Positions 51,101-62,773 of a stretch of 64,000 nt of DNA are shown here, in pieces. The notes under the pieces are model-generated. The model was not told the origin of the DNA. It did not search any database and was given only the letters and a program-made list of their open reading frames with translations. Position numbers and translations under genes: made by a program. Position 1 is the stretch's first letter, and the number at the start of each line of letters is the position of its first letter. The DNA is from Macrostomum hystrix (lineage: Eukaryota; Animalia; Platyhelminthes), in NCBI GenBank assembly GCA_950097015.1, contig CATNEN010000014.1:620001-684000 (forward strand), given 5' to 3'.

Positions 51101-51756
51101 TGGCCTCCTCGCTGGCCGCGAGTCTAGTGTCAAAAACGATGTGCGATTGCCCGCAGCTTTACTATTGTTATTTCTAGTATTGATTTGCAACGCCAAAACG
51201 CTTTCCGTCGCATCTTCGCCCCGCAGCTGCTGCAGCCCTGCTGCTAACGGGAGGTAAGTTCCAGGCTCGGATGAGTCTGAATATAATCCTGGTCGTCAGC
51301 CTGGACCGTGACTGCGACGAGCTCTGCAGGTGGGTGCGAGGGCTGCGGCTACCAGGAGCTCGGCTTTTGTTGTCCTTGGGGCACCAGCAGAACGAACGCG
51401 GTTTGTACAGGACGTTGCAGCGGGACAGTCTGACAGCGAGAAGGACATTCCTGCTGGCGGACGTCCGATATGTTCTGGCTGATGTAGGCCCGCCAGACAA
51501 CAGGAGCCTGCAGATCTGGAGCATGGAGAGTGAGCGCTTCTCGCTGATGCTTCTGTGCCAGGAGGAAGCGGTTTCAGAGTGCCTTATGGAACAGCTCCGA
51601 AAGAGGCTGGGGCCGCCAGTCACACTTCATGGTTTGCGCCGATGGGCCATTGTGACAAGTGCAAACGATTGCGCAGCATTTTTGCAACAAGAGAGTCACA
51701 ATGTGCGTGAACTAGTATTACATGATCGATGCACTGCGAGGACATCGAAGCCGTAA
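48110..51756 (+). CDS. Hypothetical secreted protein, about 448 aa
   Basis: Exons 48110-48217 (signal peptide PLLLILIMLSRHLVSA), 48485-48854, 48946-49106, 49191-49325, 49813-49855, 51227-51756; all GT-AG and in phase. Alternative donors are possible at exon 3. Confidence 0.62.
49404..49775. repeat. 61-bp tandem array, about 6 units (intronic)
   Basis: GCTCTTGTCTCC at 49404, 49465, 49526 and onward. Confidence 0.96.
50544..51175 (+). mobile_element. tRNA-derived SINE, copy 3, split by a MITE
   Basis: GTGGCAGAGTGGTCTAAAGCG head, CTCGATTCC; the body resumes after 51051 (CACTGCC..GATGAGAAAGTCAG..CCTCCTCGCTGGC..GTCTAGTGTC). Confidence 0.85.
50720..51051. mobile_element. MITE with CCC..GGG termini and a 2-bp TSD (CMC/EnSpm-like), copy 1
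   Basis: TIRs CCCGAGAAAAAA / TTTTTTCTCGGG, flanked by TG on both sides; homologous to 61348-61707. Confidence 0.85.
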
Positions 51757-52848
51757 ATTTTGAAGAGGCTGGAGCCGCTTTAAATGGGGAAATAACAGTA
51801 TAGCAGCTAGGAAAAGAGAACGTTCCACTCGATCGATGATTTCGCAAAATCCAGAACAAGGAAGTGTATATCCGATACAGCGGAAAAAGTACGTGCGTGT
51901 AGGGTCTTATGATTAGCTTTAGAAGCCGAAACTAACCGTCTGTAGTGTCACAAAGAAGCGTCCTTGGCCTGAGCAAAAGCTAAAGCCAAAGTGCAGAGTT
52001 ACTTGGCCTTGCGAAGCCTCTGCTTCACAATATTTAGGCCTAGGGGAGGTCATCTTTATAAAGGCGAAGCGGAGCGTTGAAAATTTTCAGTTTAAAATCA
52101 CCACAACTAGTACACTGATTTTGTCCTGTTCCCTGGTCTTCAGTGCTAGATGCGAGGTGCGAGATGCTAGCAGGAAGGAACCAAATCAATGAGTTTTCGG
52201 ATTGCTCGCACTTTCAGCTGCGTTGGCAAAACACAAGGCCATGTTAACAAGCCGCACAATGTACAGGTTAGCAGTTCAATCTGGAGAAATAAAAAACAAC
52301 ACTGTACAGCCTTCCTGTAGGCCTACATCATGAAACCTATTGCTTATTGATGCCGATATGCGTATATGAACCTATATTATAGTACAGGGCATCGATTTGT
52401 TTAAATACACAGTTTCATGCAGCAGTGCTCGGGAAAAGAGCATTTTGTATTTATCGGTTTTGCATGTCTCAAATCAGTCTTCCGCTTTTCCGCTTTGTGC
52501 CTTGTTTCTTATTTAATTCGATTCGTACCCCGTGAATGTAAGTGGCCCCAGTTTCACAGTTTCAGGCTCGTTCACTCTGCAAACCTCAAGGGTCCAAAGT
52601 ATAGCTTATCTAGGATCTGCGGGTCAAGTTCTACCGTTTCCGGTGCAGACCAACTTCTCGCAGTGGCGTAGCAGCAGTGAAAGCACTATCAGCTTTTAAT
52701 ACTTTTGCGCTTTATTCTGGGATTGTAACTGGACTTACTTCCCTAAGTTCAGTAAAAACGGTGACTCATAGCAATGTACGTTGTGCGCATGTAAGGGCAA
52801 GTTATAAAAAACACAAGTTCCACTTCAAAGGATGGTGGCACCACTGCG

Positions 52849-55691
52849 CTACTGTCCCAGATCCATGGTAACTTGGAGAACTTTCTGCAGCTCAGCATCG
52901 AAGTCGGTGCTGTAGAAGCAACCAGCGTCAGAGCGGCATCGCTCAGCCGAGTCCAGCCAGCTTTGATTGCCGACGCCGGGGTAGCGGAAGATGAACACCG
53001 CCGTCAGATTCTGCGGCCCCTCAGGCCGATGCTGCGGCGGCCAGCTCTTGGCGATGCTCAAGAGCAAAGCACCCTCCGACTCCTGCAGTTAAGGCGACAA
53101 ACAGTGGCAACAACTCTATGTTACGCTTAATGCTCGTAGATTCTGTCAGAAGTAGGCCCAAGCATGTCTAGAAATAAGCTAAACTGAAAATCTGAAGCCA
53201 TACGTGTGCATGTGGAAGCTTGAACATATGCAAATAGTCTTGGTGTTTAACAGATTACGGGCTAATATTAAACTTACAATGCATACTAACCACAGTTATT
53301 GCGGTACTAACTAATGGTATCAATAGCTTCCTCAATTTAACCCGTACAGCTTTGTTAAAAAGTTGCAGTGTCACGGTAACTAACCGAAGTTAAGCTAGAA
53401 CAGACCTTGAACTCCACCGCGAGCAATCCCTGAGCAACCAGCGGGTGCTGATCTGTCAGCCTCCGCTTGCCCAGTCGGAAGCCGCCGGCTAGACGAGCTC
53501 CGGCTGCGCCCAGGTATTCAAGGTACAGCGGCTGCAACTCGAACTGCAGGCTGGTTTCGTTCAGAATCCTAACTGTGAAGCTTTCGTCTGTGGGTCGGGG
53601 CACGAAGATCACGTCTGCGACCACCTCGGAAGTGAAGACTTCAGGTACACCGAAAAGCCTTTTACAAAAGGTTTACAAAGCGGACACGCAGTATCTCTTA
53701 AATCCAAAATCTGGACTGATTCTTAAGCAACAAAAATATAAATATAGATAAAAGTGATGAAGGATTTTATTGCAACCATTGCGAGCCATTAAGTTAACAC
53801 GAGTGCTCGCATCATTCTATTAATCTCACCTGTTTGAGACACCCGGATCCGTCTTTAGCTGGCAGCTGAAATGGTGCGTAAAATTTCCGCTGTCAGTGGC
53901 GGGCGGAACTGCTGGAATCGACATCGACACTGTCTCAATCACAACTCCGTCCGATGTTGTCTGGTTCCACGACTCTGTTAATTGCCCGAATTTGGGATCT
54001 ATGCGTGAATCGTTGCCGCCCGACTCGAGTCCGCTAGGCTTCCGGACTGGCCGGAAGCGAAATCCACCTGCCTCAGACCAGATTTTTTTCCCCTGCTCAG
54101 GCGCACGAAGGGATGTGACAATTGCAGCCGCAGTAGAGTTTGTCGATTGCTCAGTCTCAACAAAAGAAGAGGAAACCATTGCCGAACAATTGTAGTGTAG
54201 GGGCTCGCCTTCCATGGCATACACTACTGGCGGCAGGGTAGAAAGAAACCGAACAACGCGAGTCCTTTGAACCTGGACCATGAAAGGCGCGGTGCAGTTG
54301 TCTGCGTGACAATCGAAGCTCGAGGTTTCAGTGAAGTTCGAATACGCGCCGAATGCGCAAGAGACTCGGCAAGGACTCGAGCAGACAAGCGGGCACGGGA
54401 TCTCTGCAACCGATCGGCCGGTATGTAGAATCTGCAGAGAAGGCTCGACCCGATCAAAATCAGCAATAGCGCGGCACGTGCTCTCTGGCCTAGCCCGGCG
54501 CGTGCTCTCTGCAGGCCGAAGCAGCTGGTTCGTTGGCAAAACTCTCAAGTGAAACACCTGCCTGCTTGTACCTCGGCGGCTAACATGACCGAAAAAATGT
54601 TGCGTTTCGCACAGTCGCAGACTGACAGGCGAGTCTCCAGATTGAGATTTCTGCAGTAATCGAGCCAGTGCTTCGTGAAATCCGTTTGGTAAAAGGTACA
54701 GCTCGCCTGTGAGCTGATCTATGTAGAAGAAACTAGCGTCTTTGCATGTGAACGCGTCATCGACTGCCTCCGTCAAGTTGCCGCGGCTTTTCGGTCTCTG
54801 GGTGCTCACAGCGCTGCCGTCAGTAGCTATTCGGATGCTATTGCTCGCATTGAAAGCCTGACACGATTCAGACGTGGTAAGAACAGCACCTCTTTTATGA
54901 GCTAGTCTCAGATACATGGGTAAATAGCTTAATAGCCTCATCGAGTGTGTAGTGAAGAACATGACTCGGACTACATTGCTTCTACCAGTTCTTGTTTCTT
55001 GCTTAATAAGGCTTTTTAGCAGGCCTACAGCAGTGCTCGTAACAATGGGCATGCTGGCCAGCTGCAAGACCTCTGGGATTTTATCTAAGTAGACAAGTCG
55101 AAGACTTCCCGATAACAAATAAGATAACCGCTCGTCCTCAGCCAAAGAAAAATTGACAAATATTCTTATTGATAATTTTGGTGCGTCTTTTATTGGGAGT
55201 ACCATTTCTGTAGCGACAGTCGAGGAGCAATTGGTCGTAAAAAGGAAGTCCATACTTTGCTGTTTTATCAAGCGGATTCCTAGGTCGGTATCATTGCAAG
55301 GATATATGCTCAGTCCGAATGAACCTGTCCGATTGCTGAACGAGCTTCGAAAAATGCGGTTCACGATTTTCATAGAATCATTTGCAGCTTGATAGACGCA
55401 TGTGAACTCAAGACCCATCGAGTTATTTAACCAGAAGCCATCGATGGGCTTGGCAAGAAGCTGAGGCTGCACGCTGATATTCAAAGACTGGCACTGATCC
55501 ATGTAAGCTACTTTGTCAGAGGAACCGGCAACCCAGACCAAACCACCGCCACTGCTGTTGTCTGCAGCTGCACTGTTGGCTTGCAAAACTGGCCCGTCTG
55601 AATCAGCCGGGAATCTGGGCGTCAAGGGCGTCGCAACAGCAGCGCTGATGGCTAGAACTGTCAAAACTAGCGTCCTAGTCAAGAGCCTCAT
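52849..55691 (-). CDS. Hypothetical secreted glycoprotein, about 782 aa (cadherin-like, Ig-like and degenerate vWA-like segments)
   Basis: Exons 55691-53830, 53658-53406, 53082-52849; GT-AG and in phase. Signal peptide MRLLTRTLVLTVLAISAAVA and many NxS/T sites. FFYIDQLTGELYL is cadherin-like; VYAMEGEPLHYNCSA..FSCQ is Ig-like. Domain names are pattern-level only. Confidence 0.75.
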
Positions 55692-56422
55692 TTTACAGTA
55701 ATGATGGTCTCTACAAAAATAGAAATCCGAGATAAAAAACGATCTGAATAACTTTCAACAGAGCCTTATTTTAACAGAATGTTCTGCTCCGAAGAGCCTC
55801 CTACCTTGAGGTGAGTAGGCAAGACGTATGAAACTCGGTAGCCGGAGGCAGCAAGCTGACAGTCAGAATATCGCGATATAGTTTTGCATGATCTAAATTG
55901 CCAGTTATAGACAGGCCAGCTGCAAGAACTGGCGCAAGGCGGATCGCACAGCTGCATAGGCTGGCAAATTATCAGATTAGCGACCCAGACTAGACGAAGT
56001 CACTCTTCTGTTGATCCCTGGCCTGTGTGTTAGTACAGAGCCAAATAGCACAAATAAAGGACAGTATCAGCGAGGCCACGAGAACGAAAAAATTATATGC
56101 TGGAGTTTTGGATTAACCCGACACAGCGCTTAACACAAAGCGCTAAAATATAATAAACTTGAGGCATTTATTTACAACGTGCAGAGAACAAAATCCAATG
56201 TCCGCATTCAATTTAACATTCTCATAGCACCTGCACTAACAGGATTTTTTGAGAAAAAAATCACTAAAGTTTGCTGCGGACGGCCCTCTAAAATTAACTT
56301 TACAGCCAGTTGAAAAACGGCAGCAAAACCGTGTCATCAGAGAACTGCATTCGGATCGGACAATTGTGCCAACTGAAGCGGTGTGGCAAGAAATGTAGCC
56401 TCGGACTACCCGCTAATCTTTG

Positions 56423-58269
56423 TCAGGCCGAGCTCTGCTTGTAGTTCTTCACATCAATCAGCTTCACGCCGCACATGGCGCAGATGCCTGCAATTGTGTA
56501 TTTAGGGCTGAAGTGGCGAACCTGCTAGACCAGGATTGGGCAAACTCCGGCCCGCGGGCCAGATGCGGCCCTCAAAGCTTCCAAATCCGGCCCGTTGCCT
56601 CTTCAGCCACCTATAGTATCCTGTTTAATCTTTCCCCTGTCTTATCTCTCTTCCATCTCAACTCTCCTGTGTCTCATCTCTCCCGTGTCTAGTCTCTCCC
56701 CAGTCTCATCTCTCCCGAGTCTTATCTCTCCCGAGTCTTATCTCTCCCGAGTCTTATCTCTCCCCTGTCTCGTCTCTCCCCAGTCTCGTCTCTCCCGTGT
56801 CTCATCTCTCCCGAGTCTCATCTCTCCCCTGTCTCGTCTCTCCCGAGTCTTATCTCTCCCCAGTCTCATCTCTCCCGTGTCTAGTCTCTCCCCAGTCTCG
56901 TCTCTCCCGTGTCTAGTCTCTCCCCAGTCTCATCTCTCCCCAGTCTTATCTCTCCCCTGTCTCGTCTCTCCCCTGTCTCGTCTCTCCCGTGTCTAGTCTT
57001 TCCCCAGTCTTATCTCTCCCCTGTCTAATCTCTCCCGAGTCTCACCCTCTCCCGAGTCTCGTCTCTCCCGTGTCTAGTCTCTCCCCAGTCTCATCTCTCC
57101 CCTGTCAAGTCTCTCCCCTGTCTCATCTCTCCCGAGGCTCATCTCTCCCCTGTCTCGTCTCTCCCGTGTCTAGTCTCTCCCCAGTCTCATCTCTCCCTTG
57201 TCTAGTCTCTCCCCAGTCTCATCTCTCCCTTGTCTAGTCTCTCCCTGTGTCTTATCTTTCCTGTCTCTCATGTCTCGCTGTGTCTCAACTCTCTTGTGTC
57301 TCATCTCTCCCCTATTTCATATTTCTAGAGTCAATTTGGCCGTTGTCGTCTTTTAGGTTATCTATTTGGCCCGTTAGCAAATAAGTTTGCCGACCCCATG
57401 TGCTAGACTGATTGAACTAAGCTGTTTGCTCTTACCCTTCTTGTAGGCACAGCCTGTACAGAAGTGTGCATGAGCCTGGTGAATGTTGGACTTGCAGATG
57501 CGGCACTTCTTGAACGAAGCTGTGTACGGGCTGAAGCGGTTGCTGCGCCCGGTCAGCAGCTTGTTCTCATCGACCTTGCGGCCGCCGCCCTCTGAAAAAA
57601 GAAGGCGCGCAGGATAGGCTTAAGGCCAGGGTTTTACGACAGAAGAGCTCAAGCCTATACATACCAGTCGTATTCCTGGCACCAGCCTTCCAAACATCAG
57701 GCGTGACAACTTTGCCCAGCTTCTTCTCACCTGAAACAGGAAATGCTATTATTATTACTGAGCATGAGAATTGATTTCTTGCGAATTCGCTTCTTCTTTT
57801 TGTCTGTCTGTCAATTATGTCCTATCTATGCTACTATGTTGCCAAATAGTTGGGCCAATAGTTAAGAGATCAATTATGTCCTATCTATGCTACTATGTTG
57901 CCAAATAGTTGGGCCAATAGTTAAGAGATCAATTATGTCCTATCTATGCTACTATGTTGCCAAATAGTTGGGCCAATAGTTAAGAGATCAATTATGTCCT
58001 ATCTATGCTACTATGTTGCCAAATAGTTGGGCCAATAGTTAAGAGATCAATTATGTCCTATCTATGCTACTATGTTGCCAAATAGTTGGGCCAATAGTTA
58101 AGAGATCAATTATGTCCTATCTATGCTACTATGTTGCCAAATAGTTGGGCCAATAGTTAAGAGATTATTACTTCCAGCCTTTGAAATTTTCAAGTTTATT
58201 TGAAGTTTTCAGCCTAACAGAAATTTATGCAAATTATAATCTGTGCATCTTACATTTATCGCACACCAT
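56423..58269 (-). CDS. CRIPT: Cysteine-rich PDZ-binding protein, 100 aa
   Basis: Exons 58269-58254, 57730-57665, 57591-57436, 56487-56423 give MVCDKCEKKLGKVVTPDVWKAGARNTTEGGGRKVDENKLL..CRICKS.IHQ....C.GCAYKKGICAMCG.KLID.KNYKQSSA, collinear with CRIPT. Confidence 0.96.
56531..57400. mobile_element. hAT (Charlie-type) MITE with an internal 16-bp minisatellite, in CRIPT intron 3
   Basis: Ends CAGGATTGGGCAAACT..CGGCCCGCGGGCC and AGTTTGCCGACCCCATG; 8-bp TSD TGCTAGAC at 56523-56530 and 57401-57408. Confidence 0.88.
57811..58164. repeat. 59-bp tandem array, 6 units, CRIPT intron 1
   Basis: TCAATTATGTCC at 57811, 57870 and onward. Confidence 0.96.
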
Positions 58270-59139
58270 GTTAGCTGTCAGAATATTCGTTGATTCTGTG
58301 GCTGAAACATGTAAGGTGGTAGATTTGAGTAGTTGAATTGTTTAATAAAAAATAGCTGCATCTGAAAAGTAATACTGCAAAATATAGAATTTATAAAGAT
58401 ATAAATTTATATTAATTTTATATAAAGAGAAAACATTAGCCAAAGCTTATGAATGATATAAAATTGTTTTGTGAAAAGTTTAGAATTTGATACCATAAAA
58501 TAATGTTTAACACTATAATTGCCAAGAATAATATTAAAAAAGAAGTTGTGGACTCGCAACAAAATATAGTGACAGTATGCCCACAGTCAGCAAAGAAGTG
58601 ATTCTGCCCATTTTGTTGACTCCAGTACACATATACACACATACTCACTCTCAACACCATGTCCAATATGGACATGGACAAAAATTATTCTTTCAAATAA
58701 CTTAGGTATAGTGGGCCTATTCTTCATGAAATGCACCATGTATCATGGACAGGGATATTATACAAGGACATAGATGAGGGACATCTTAGACTTAGGAACA
58801 TGCATGAAAAATGGCTTTTATATAGTCAAGTTAAGCAAACAAAATATGCTTTAGCTAATTTTTCTAGTTAAGTGTATCTTTTAGCCAAGGCCCAAGAAAA
58901 GCTAGGGCCTAATTGGTAAAAAGTTAGGTAAAAAACTTTCACATAGAATTATATGGAAGGTCAGCTATTGTCTTGAACATTAAGCCTGCAATTTACTATA
59001 AAAACTGATTTGCAAAGAATTACTGATACTTAATAGGTAGGCCTAGCTTAGAAGTCCAATAGTTCATAAATATTACTTAAAGTGTTTTACTGTAACCAAG
59101 GGGCCTAGCTAGTAAGCAAGCTTAGCATTTGGTTAGTAC

Positions 59140-61165
59140 ATAAATATATGATGTAGACCGAATATAGTTTAAATTGAAAATCCACAACTTTTTCTTTGTA
59201 AATTTCATAAATTTGTAAATTTAGTTTGTTTTGAAATATTTTCGATTCGCCTCTGTTCTATCTATGTCTAGCTTAATGAATATTCTTATTATCTTCAATT
59301 ATTATCTTTAGAAGAAAGGTAAATTACAAACATTTCTAAGAAATGAGGAGGCGTGGGAAATCAACTATATTTTCCTGATGTTGCACTCACTTTAGATGTT
59401 ATGCTCTCAATCAGATTATATTTGGATGGTCTCAAAGCAAACAATCACAAAGATGAAGACTCACTATAAAATTACTGAGAGAAGGTGAGGTGTTTCCCAA
59501 ACACAAGTGTTTAATGGTTACTCACAGATCCTTTTGTTAGTTCACAACTGGTGGAATATGGTTTCAAATTAAAGATTGGATAGGAGTTCCAGGAATTCTA
59601 ATCTCAATGAAGTTATTCTTATTCTTAGTCTTATAGCTGGCCAGGGATAGCAATGGCTAGCAAAAGAGAGTGACCGGATTAGGTCAACTGCAGCTGGCTT
59701 GGATTAAGGAAAAGCTGGCGCAAAAGGAAGTCAGAGAAGGGTCAGGAAAGGGTCGGAAAAGGTTCGGAAAAGGTCCAGGGAACACTTTCTGTCAGTGCAA
59801 GAGCTTTTATATTATTTGACAAAAAGGCTGTCATTCGACAGGAGTTTCTAAGTGAATCCTAGAGCTCTTGCAAGCACATTTTTGCATAGGAGGAAAAACT
59901 GAATATTTTTTGGTTTTCATAAGCGCATATCAGATGTAAATTGCATGAGTTAAATTGTAACACTTCAGTTTAAATGCGCTGTAATTATTTTGTTTGAAAA
60001 GATACAAAGTTAGTATAAATATAGGAGCAAAGTTGAGGGGGAAACTAACCTTGTACGATGCAGTTTGAAACAAAGTTCATATACAATACTCAGAATTGTG
60101 TTCTTTCATTCTTTATAAAACACATGGAGACGAATACTAAGAAAGATTCAAGATAGAGAGAGAAATAGAAAGTATTGCTGTATACTTGAGATCATTGGTA
60201 ACGCTCTTCAGAAAGCCTATACTCAGAAATACATACATATGATAATGTAATTGGCCAGAATAACTAAACACTCTACCTAGAATAACTAAATGTGATACTC
60301 AGAATAACTAAATACACTACCAGACTAAACATGCTACCAAGAAATTCTCTGAGACTAATTCTAAGAAAATACTGAAATTACTTTCAATATTATATCAAAT
60401 ACCTCCATAAAAACAACTTTTGTAGAATATTAACAATAAGAAATGCAACAACATTGTGAAGTTAAAGTTAAAATAGATGAGAATTGATTGATGAGAGCTA
60501 CTTTTTCCACTGCAAATACCATCAGGGCCAGTATCGACCAGGTCAGTGGGTTCTTGGAATGATGGAGCGTGGCTCTGGCCGCTGCATGATGGTGGCCATC
60601 CCAGATTGCAGTGCTACTAGCATCCTGCCCCTTATGCAACGGTATGTGCATTCCGGTACTCGCATTATCACCGACCAGTGGCACGCATACAACCAACTAC
60701 CCAATCATTCGACAGTAAACCACCGGCTGCACTTTGTGGAGCCCAACCACGCAGAAGTCCCCACGAACACAGTGGAGGGCACATGGGCCCACACTAAGGC
60801 CCATTTCAGGGCCATGCATTGCATGTCCAAGGCCCTGTTTGACACACACTTGGACAAATTTCTCTGGCTTTGCTGCCACCCGCACAACACCTTTGGGAAC
60901 ATCCTTTTCTGGGTGGCGCACTAATATGCCATCTGAGCCACTATTATTATTATTAAAACTTCGTTAACTGTCATTTTAAGAACAGAAATAATTAAACATG
61001 AGAAACTAGAAGATTGAAATAATTAAACATGTGAAAGTAGAAGATTGCCCAACATTGGTAATAACAGTAGGATTTTATTATGGGCCTATATTATTTAAAT
61101 ACCTCTAGCACAACTTTGGTGGCATTCAGTGGGATATTAAATATTATAAAATAGCCCTAGTACAT
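59140..61165 (+). mobile_element. Degenerate Merlin (IS1016/IS1595-related) DNA transposon
   Basis: ORF 60484-60924 reads DES...KYH.G...GQWV.G..ERGSG..(V)..D.SA...LP....YV..GT.IITD.W.AY...H.TVNH...FV.P....TN.VEG.W, the Merlin DDE core. N-terminus missing; TIRs not resolved. Confidence 0.85.
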
Positions 61166-61347
61166 ATAATCAATATAATAGGCCTACTAAATAGTATTTT
61201 AATACTAGGCTTATGTGTGTCATAAATAATACTAATGTATTTCATTCAGTGCGTCCAGTTCCATGTATTTGGAACTTCAGCCTACAGTACAAGCTACACT
61301 AACAGTTCCGAATTTATATAACTAGCTAGGCCTAGTAAGCTAGGCTA

Positions 61348-61707
61348 CCCAAGAAAAAATATTATGATAAACTTGACAAGTAACTTTGAAAGTAAACATG
61401 ACATACTTGAATAATTACTGCAAAGTATTGTTACAAGTTTGGCAAGTTTGGGATATTGATTTTGAATTTAAAGTTAGCCTAGGCCTACTTTCAAGTACAG
61501 ATACTAAACTATTTCAGATAGGCCTAGGCCTAATAACTTCCAAGTACTTCCCAAGTATTGAATGTTTGAAATTTGAACTACATGTCGCCCAACCTACTTC
61601 TTGCCAAGTACTTGGATCTGTAACATGACAAACTTTTTAAGTACAGTCAAGTACAAAGTAGGCCTACCATTGGTGACTTGACAAGTTTACACTGTTTTTT
61701 CCTTGGG
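61348..61707. mobile_element. CCC..GGG MITE, copy 2 (TA 2-bp TSD)
   Basis: CCCAAGAAAAAA..TTTTTTCCTTGGG, TA on both sides; the body aligns with 50720-51051. Confidence 0.85.
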
Positions 61708-61759
61708 TATACACGATTGACAGACAGGCTGTACAGAAAGCCTGTAGTTTCATGTGGTC

Positions 61760-62261
61760 CCAGGTCATTTTGGTGACAAGACATTTCCGTGACAGTCATT
61801 TCGGTGACAGAATTAGTCAGTTCGGTGACAACTATTTTTGCACCTAAATAGGCCCCCTATGCTGAGAAAACAGCCTTCCACAATCCAGTAGGGCCTAGCT
61901 GCTTAATGCCTGCACTCGCCTTGTCAATCCAAAACTTGAAAAAATATTCTTATACACATTTAATTAGGAACGAATAACTATTGAAACTATTGACTACTCG
62001 TTAAATAATTTAATAATTTAACTCATTTAAAGTAAAACCCAGACTTGATCAGAGCGATGCAGCTTCTGATTAATACTTATAGCATTAGGCCCTATTTAAT
62101 TAATACTTTATATGTGTGCATAGTTAAAATGGAAGGCAGTTTTTTAGCATATTTAGGTACAAAAATAGTTGTCACCAATCTGACCAATTGTGTCACTGAA
62201 ATGACTTGAGTTGTCACCGAAATGACTGTCACCGAAATGTCTTGTCACCGAAATGACCTGG
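61760..62261. mobile_element. MITE with long (about 120-bp) TIRs made of GTCATTTCGGTGACA repeats
   Basis: The left CCAGGTCATTTTGGTGACAAGACATTTCC.. is the reverse complement of the right ..GAAATGTCTTGTCACCGAAATGACCTGG. No clean TSD found. Confidence 0.82.
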
Positions 62262-62773
62262 TGCATGTTTACACGTGCAACCATATAAAATATAATGCAA
62301 TAAGCCTAACGATGAAAGAAGTTAGCTAGCTATGTCAATATAGCCTAAAGGTTGATTAATCTATGTTATTACAAATGGCAACATATAGGCCTAGTACGGT
62401 CACCAAGACCAATGAAGATGATTGCATGGCTGAATATTGATAGCTAGTTTCTATGAATATAAGTTTTTAACGCACTTTCAAAGAAGCAGAAAGCGGTATA
62501 ATGAAGTTTAAAGTTTTTATGCGTTAATGGGCCTAGTTCAAAATGCAGTGAAATGAAAGTTTTTTTATAATAGAGAGAATAGCAGTAGGGTATTATAGTT
62601 TATATTTAGTATCTGTGGTTAGAAAAAAAAGTAACAATGTTCTATTTTTAACTTTTAGATTTTAACTTTTAGATCTTACTAGCAAGTTTTGCCCCCCTTC
62701 GGAGAGCAGAAATACTTTTAATTCGTCTAGTATATACTTTGTAGCAGCTGAATTTACAGCTTTTTAAAGCTAC

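Noticed and set aside
59134-61165. TAGTACAT as the Merlin TSD
   Set aside because: TAGTACA is also present at the right end of the 41.9-kb copy, so it is likely element-internal, and no matching left TIR was found.
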